Assembly: GCA_964531375.1 (NCBI GenBank)
Contig: CAZHDO010000001.1
Span: 196,861 to 260,860 of the forward strand
Source: an uncultured Candidatus Saccharibacteria bacterium
Lineage (GTDB): Bacteria > Patescibacteriota > Minisyncoccia > Phycocordibacterales > UBA12445
Reading direction: 5' to 3'
DNA length: 64,000 bases
In this document: piece after piece, positions 59,901 to 64,000 of the stretch
Position numbering within the stretch: the stretch's first letter is position 1
Layout: each line of letters begins with the position of its first letter
Made by a program: the position numbers and the translations under genes
The notes under the pieces: model-generated
Told to the model about the DNA's origin: nothing
What the model saw: the letters and a program-made list of their open reading frames with translations, nothing else
Databases searched by the model: none

Positions 59901-60177
59901 TCTTTAGTTTTACCTTAACTTTTAAATTTGCATTTAAAGTTGCTCTGTTTAGTTTTGCTTCGTGTTCGTTGATTTTTGGGGTACCAAGTTCGTAGCCTGT
60001 AAATTCAAGTTCGAATTTCTTACCAGTATAGTCTCGTATTGGAGAGAATTCCTTGAATATCTCAGCAAGACCTTTTTCAACAATCCATTTAAAGGATGTT
60101 TTCTGCATCTCAACCAAATCTGGGAGTTGCATCATTGGCTTCTTGTATCGTGAGAAATATTTCTTTTTGATTTCCAT
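56986..60177 (-). CDS. rpoB: RNA polymerase beta subunit
   Basis: QTPEGPNIG, ANRALMGSNMQ, GDKLSGRHGNKG, GQRFGEMEVW; start set at ATG 60177. Confidence 0.98.
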   Translation of the reverse strand: MEIKKKYFSRYKKPMMQLPDLVEMQKTSFKWIVEKGLAEIFKEFSPIRDYTGKKFELEFTGYELGTPKINEHEAKLNRATLNANLKVKVKLKNKILNYEKEQEIFLTDFPAMTPHGTFIINGVERIIVPQLARSYGVFFTEEENKGKKYFGAKIIPARGAWIEIETEADDVIYVRIDRRRKFPVSSLLRILGEGKTDAEIVGIFEKMASMEEVVSGEKTGDEITYIKNSFAKDTAKTVDESYVEIYKRLRDSDIATVASAKEFLTDVFSPEKYDLSLVGRFRFNKRFGIPTEEGDLMVKTLSFEDIVKAVQHVIELNNTPGAREDDIDHLGLRRVRCIGEMLQLKMRVGMSQMKRNIQDRMSTIDNETILPIQLVNPRPLQARIKEFYTTNQLSQFMGQENILSELEHLRKLSAFGQGGLTRERAGFEVRDVHSSHYGRVCPIQTPEGPNIGLILELSSYAKVNDLGVIETPYIKVENGRITDKITYMNALEEETHNIAHAAVAYDENGNFIEQNIEVRTNSNPGIIQKDKVDYIDVAPNQAYSIATSMIPFLEHDDANRALMGSNMQKQATPCVITEAPLVGTGIEEEAAKSTGRLIFAEDDGEIYSVDARNIVVKTNAGEKKEYPLVNFSRTNNFTVSHQRPVVNLGQKVKAGDLLADTSTSDRGQIAIGQNALIAFMSWGGSNYEDAIILSERLVKNSKFTSIHMEQFEVAVRDTKLGPEITTHDIPNVGEGKLKNLDEDGIIKVGSEIHPNDILVGKITPKGETELTPEERLLRSIFGEKSRDVKDTSLRMEHGKRGRIVSVKVFSRERGDKLESGIIKRICIEVAQLRNISVGDKLSGRHGNKGIVARILPIEDMPYMEDGTPVDVILTPLGVPSRMNLGQILELHLGLAANALKYQAISPPFLGVTEEEIREELVKAGFPETGKVKLFDGQTGVQFDQDVAIGYMYMLKLHHMVEDKIHMRSVGPYSLITQQPLGGRAQGGGQRFGEMEVWALEGYGASHILREMLTIKSDDIVGRSSTFDSIVKGEKIKAPNIPASFSVLVNELKGLALDVELKNI

Positions 60178-60413
60178 AGTCCCTATCTTTATTAACACTA
60201 ATAAAACTAATTATTAATAAAATATAGATTTTAAATGCGTTAATCTCCCTAAATACAATAAAAACCCAACTTTATACAAGTAGGTTGTAATTTATTTTAA
60301 GTGTATTTTTGAGGATTTTATCTGCAAGATAATCTCTATATAGCTTTTAACTCCCCTGCTTTACTATATGTTGTATACTCACGAAAAACTCAATCTTGCA
60401 ACATTATCGGATT

Positions 60414-60442
60414 AGTATAGAAAACAGAACGAGAAATGTCAA
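60414..60442 (-). promoter_or_regulatory. Sigma70-type promoter for rpoBC
   Basis: TTGACA-17-TATACT on the minus strand, ~230 nt before the rpoB ATG. Confidence 0.75.
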
Positions 60443-60513
60443 GCTTGAAATAATTAAAACTGCCCATTTAGTTAAAAAGGAACTTTTGACTTAAAAATAG
60501 GGGTTTTGTGTTT

Positions 60514-63375
60514 TTATATGACAATATTCACAAGTCGATCTTTTACGTAAATAACTTTTTTAATTACGGCTCCAGTTGTGTATTTTTTTATAGCTTCATT
60601 TTCAAGTGCAATTTTTTGTGCCTCAGATTCGGTAATTCCTACTGGCACAGATATCGTGCTTCTAACTTTTCCATTTATTTGTAGAACTAAATTAAAATTA
60701 TTTTTAATAATTTTTGCTGGATCAAATTTTGGCCATATTGATTTGTAGATAAGTTTTTTGTTCCCAAGATTGTTCCAGATCTCATCGGTTACGTGCGGTG
60801 CAAATGGTGCAAGCAGTAATAAGATTTGCTCGTAAGTTTTTCTTGAAACGAATTCTCTACTATCAAGCTCGTTTGAAAATATCATCATTGAACTTATTGC
60901 TGTGTTGAAACTAAAGTTTTCAATACTGTCAGATACCTTTTTAATTGTTTCGTTTAGTAATGATTCAAGCTCCTCGTCTATTGTTGCATTTTTATTTACC
61001 TTAAATTGAATCCTCCAGATTTTTTCTATAAATCTTCTGCACCCGATCATGTTGTCTGTTTTCCAGGCGATAGCTTGGTTGAATGGCCCCATAAACATTT
61101 CATACATTCTTAGCGTATCTGCGCCGTAGGTTTTTACCATGTCATCTGGGTTTACTACATTCCCCCATCTTTTGCTCATTTTTTTGCCATCTTCAGCGAG
61201 AATTAAACCAACGCTGTGTAAATTCATAAAGGGTTCTCCGTAAGACACGGCTCCAATATCAAAAAGGAATTTGTGCCAAAATCTAGCGTATATAAGATGT
61301 CTTGTTGCATGCTCTGCCCCACCAACATACATATCGACTGGCATAAAATATTTTTCTTCTTTTTTATCAACAAGCGCTTTCTTGTTTTTTGGATCTACAT
61401 ATCTTAAATAATACCAACAAGAACCGGCCCATTGTGGCATTGTATTTGTTTCTCTCTTTGCTTTGCCTTTACATTTTGGACATTTTGTATTTACCCATTT
61501 GGCGATGTCCGCTAAAGGTGATTCTCCTGTACCAGTTGGTGCATAGCTCTTAACTTTTGGAAGTATAACTGGTAATTCTTTTTCAGGAACTGGAATAATT
61601 CCACATTTTTCGCAATGAACGACTGGTATCGGCTCACCCCAGTATCTTTGTCTTGAAAAAACCCAATCTTTTAATTTATACGTTATCTTTTTATCACCAA
61701 ATTTTTTTGATTTGAGATACTCAGTAATTTTTTCTTTTGCTTCTTGACTTGATAACCCGTTAAATTTTCCCGAATTAAAAAGTTTACCTAATTCGGTCAT
61801 TGGGGAAAATCCTTCAAAGTTCATGGCTGAAAGCCAAATATCCCACTCACTGCACGTAAAGTTTTTAGGAAGTCCTTTTTTTAGATCAATCCATTGAAGC
61901 TCGTGTTTTGCCTTTTCTTCGTCAGTTACTACAACTTGTGTTGAGTCGTCATTAAATTCAAAAAAATATGCTGTTGGATATGCCACACGATTTTGTTGCT
62001 TGTGATAGGCTCCATATTCGCTATATGCTGATATCGATTTAAAAAGAAATTTTAAGTTTGAAATACCCGTTTCTTCTTTTATTTCACGGAGAATTGCCTC
62101 CATTTCATCTTCTCCTTCTTCAGCTCCACCCAATATGAATGTTGTCCACGGATTACTTTTCCAATTAAGCATCAAATACTCACCGGTTTTTTTATTCTTT
62201 ATTAACCCGTGAACCATTTTTCTTTCCACAATAGGATACCCCTCACGGTGAGGATTCTTTGTATCAATGCGTATAGGAAGGATCACTTGTTTTATTGGTA
62301 AATTATATTTCTTAGCAAAAGCAAAATCTCTTTCATCGTGTGCGGGTACTGCCATCACTGCGCCCGTGCCATAATGCCCAAGAACATAGTCAGCTACGAA
62401 TATAGGAACTTCTTCTCCATTGGCTGGATTGATAGCAGAGACTCCCTCAAGTTTAATACCAGTCTTTTCTTTCTTTTCCGCAGTTCTTTCTATCTCTGGT
62501 TTATTTTTTACTTCATCAATATATTTTTGAACTAATTCGTAATTTGTAATTTGTAATTTGCCTTTTTGTAATAATGGATGCTCTGGCGCTAGAACCACAT
62601 AAGTACAGCCAAAAATCGTATCAACCCTTGTTGTAAAAACCTTAATTCCTAATTCGTAATTCGTAATTTTAAAATTAATTTCAGTTCCTTCAGATTTTCC
62701 TATCCAATTTCTTTGAAGTTCTTTTATTGATTCTGGCCAAGCGAGCTTGTCTAGGTCTTGGAGCATACGATCTGCATATTCTGTAATTTTAAGAACCCAC
62801 TGTCGCATTGGTTTTTTTTCTACTTTTGAACCGCACCTTTCACAAAGATCACCATCTAGGTCTTCATTTGCAAGTCCCGTTTGGCAAGATGGGCACCAGT
62901 TAATTGGTTCATATGATTCGTATGCAAGTCCCTTTTTATACATTTGTAAAAAAGTCCATTGTGTCCATTTGTAATATTCTGGATCGGTGGTATTTATCTC
63001 ACGAGACCAGTCGTAATTGAAACCGATTTTCGATAGCTGGTTTTTAAATCTTTTTATATTTTTTTTAACAGCTACTTCTGGGTGTATTTTATTTTTAATT
63101 GCATAATTTTCAGCAGGAAGACCAAACGCATCCCAACCCATTGGATGAAGAATATTAAAGCCATTCATTTTTTTGTACCTCGAATATATGTCAGTTGCAA
63201 TATAGCCTTTTGGGTGACCAACATGTAGTCCATCTCCTGATGGATACGGGAACATATCAAGAACATAGCACTTTGGTTTTTTGCTGGATTTTTCTGTCTT
63301 AAAAATTTTGGCTTTATCCCACTTTTTCTGCCATTTGGACTCTATTTTTTTGTGATCATATTTCTTGGTTTTCAT
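60514..63375 (-). CDS. leuS: Leucyl-tRNA synthetase with an inserted Nudix domain
   Basis: MFPYPSG.GLHVGH, YGTGAVMAVPAHD, SRQRYWG, KMSKR; Nudix box GGAEEGEDEMEAILREIKEETG; start set at ATG 63375. Confidence 0.96.
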   Translation of the reverse strand: MKTKKYDHKKIESKWQKKWDKAKIFKTEKSSKKPKCYVLDMFPYPSGDGLHVGHPKGYIATDIYSRYKKMNGFNILHPMGWDAFGLPAENYAIKNKIHPEVAVKKNIKRFKNQLSKIGFNYDWSREINTTDPEYYKWTQWTFLQMYKKGLAYESYEPINWCPSCQTGLANEDLDGDLCERCGSKVEKKPMRQWVLKITEYADRMLQDLDKLAWPESIKELQRNWIGKSEGTEINFKITNYELGIKVFTTRVDTIFGCTYVVLAPEHPLLQKGKLQITNYELVQKYIDEVKNKPEIERTAEKKEKTGIKLEGVSAINPANGEEVPIFVADYVLGHYGTGAVMAVPAHDERDFAFAKKYNLPIKQVILPIRIDTKNPHREGYPIVERKMVHGLIKNKKTGEYLMLNWKSNPWTTFILGGAEEGEDEMEAILREIKEETGISNLKFLFKSISAYSEYGAYHKQQNRVAYPTAYFFEFNDDSTQVVVTDEEKAKHELQWIDLKKGLPKNFTCSEWDIWLSAMNFEGFSPMTELGKLFNSGKFNGLSSQEAKEKITEYLKSKKFGDKKITYKLKDWVFSRQRYWGEPIPVVHCEKCGIIPVPEKELPVILPKVKSYAPTGTGESPLADIAKWVNTKCPKCKGKAKRETNTMPQWAGSCWYYLRYVDPKNKKALVDKKEEKYFMPVDMYVGGAEHATRHLIYARFWHKFLFDIGAVSYGEPFMNLHSVGLILAEDGKKMSKRWGNVVNPDDMVKTYGADTLRMYEMFMGPFNQAIAWKTDNMIGCRRFIEKIWRIQFKVNKNATIDEELESLLNETIKKVSDSIENFSFNTAISSMMIFSNELDSREFVSRKTYEQILLLLAPFAPHVTDEIWNNLGNKKLIYKSIWPKFDPAKIIKNNFNLVLQINGKVRSTISVPVGITESEAQKIALENEAIKKYTTGAVIKKVIYVKDRLVNIVI

Positions 63376-63431
63376 AGATGCGATAATAACAATTTTTGAA
63401 TAAAATAACAAAATTTATATTAAATAATATT

Positions 63432-64000
63432 TTAAATTTTAAGACCAAGCTTAAATAAAAATTCAGCTAGTTTCGCTGTGTTGTGTCTTGACTCCCATTC
63501 AATTGAACTTGCTTTTTCGTGAGCTATATTATAATTATCTCCTTTTGACATAAGTTCCCTTTCGTATAGCTCATGGAGTATCACAAAAGCTCTTTCATTT
63601 TCTACAAGATCATCGTCGATCCAGATTTCGTTAGTTGGGACATAGTTGTAAACAAGGTCATGTCCACCTTCTGTAAAGTTTACATCAAACAATGTTCTTA
63701 CTTCTTTTCCTTTTATAAGCCAAATATATAAATTATTAGTAGTTATTCCAAGTAATTTAATCTTTATTTTTTCTGTAAAAACTTGGTTACTTTTATTTTG
63801 AGATTTCTTGTGTTTTTCGTGTTTATATCTTTCAGATGATTCTTTATTTTTTGATATAGCTTTAATTGTTTGTGTATCGCAACCGTTATCAATAAGTTTT
63901 TTTTCAATAAGCATGCGGTCGACAAAATATTTTCTTTCGTCTTGGCTTGCCTCTGTGTCTATCCAAAATTCATTTTCTGGAATGTATGAATAGAAAAATT
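63432..64000 (-). CDS. Hypothetical protein, 5'-truncated by the window edge, with an internal duplication
   Basis: Frame stays open from 63914 to the edge (FFYSYIPENEFWIDTEASQDERKYFVDR), resembling the downstream YNYVPTNEIWIDDDLVENERAFVILHE. Confidence 0.75.
   Translation of the reverse strand, partial: FFYSYIPENEFWIDTEASQDERKYFVDRMLIEKKLIDNGCDTQTIKAISKNKESSERYKHEKHKKSQNKSNQVFTEKIKIKLLGITTNNLYIWLIKGKEVRTLFDVNFTEGGHDLVYNYVPTNEIWIDDDLVENERAFVILHELYERELMSKGDNYNIAHEKASSIEWESRHNTAKLAEFLFKLGLKI

Overview
AT-rich bacterial chromosome segment in genetic code 11. Gene content and compact layout are typical of Patescibacteria/CPR (Parcubacteria-like); this taxonomy is inferred. Most of the window is housekeeping: parB, rel, topA, dprA, serS, ftsQ-like, rmuC, rplU, recR, dnaB, thrS, dnaE, murI, rnhB, trmD, gltX, murG-ftsW-mraY, scpAB, aspS, trpS, a diadenylate cyclase, rpoD, dnaG, rpoBC and leuS, plus tRNA-Leu(CAA) and tRNA-Glu(CTC). 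An accessory region at about 10.4-18.2 kb surrounds the tRNA-Glu. The main unexplained signal is a family of three structured non-coding elements: one behind tRNA-Leu, one behind tRNA-Glu, and one 1.3 kb further downstream of tRNA-Glu. They share a covarying GC-rich scaffold. Their flanking inverted arms are copied from the T-loop/3' end of the cognate tRNA, and the two Glu copies bracket a cargo gene. No recombinase is present in the window. Other notable items are decayed tRNA-like tandem units upstream of tRNA-Glu, a duplicated promoter/terminator 'chassis' carrying unrelated ORFs, and boxA-like plus Shine-Dalgarno leaders on accessory genes versus apparently leaderless housekeeping genes. 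There is also a symmetric 11-6-11 dif-like site where gene orientation converges, a Nudix domain and heptamer repeats inside LeuRS, and a long structured rpoB leader. All calls are from reading the sequence; no searches were run.
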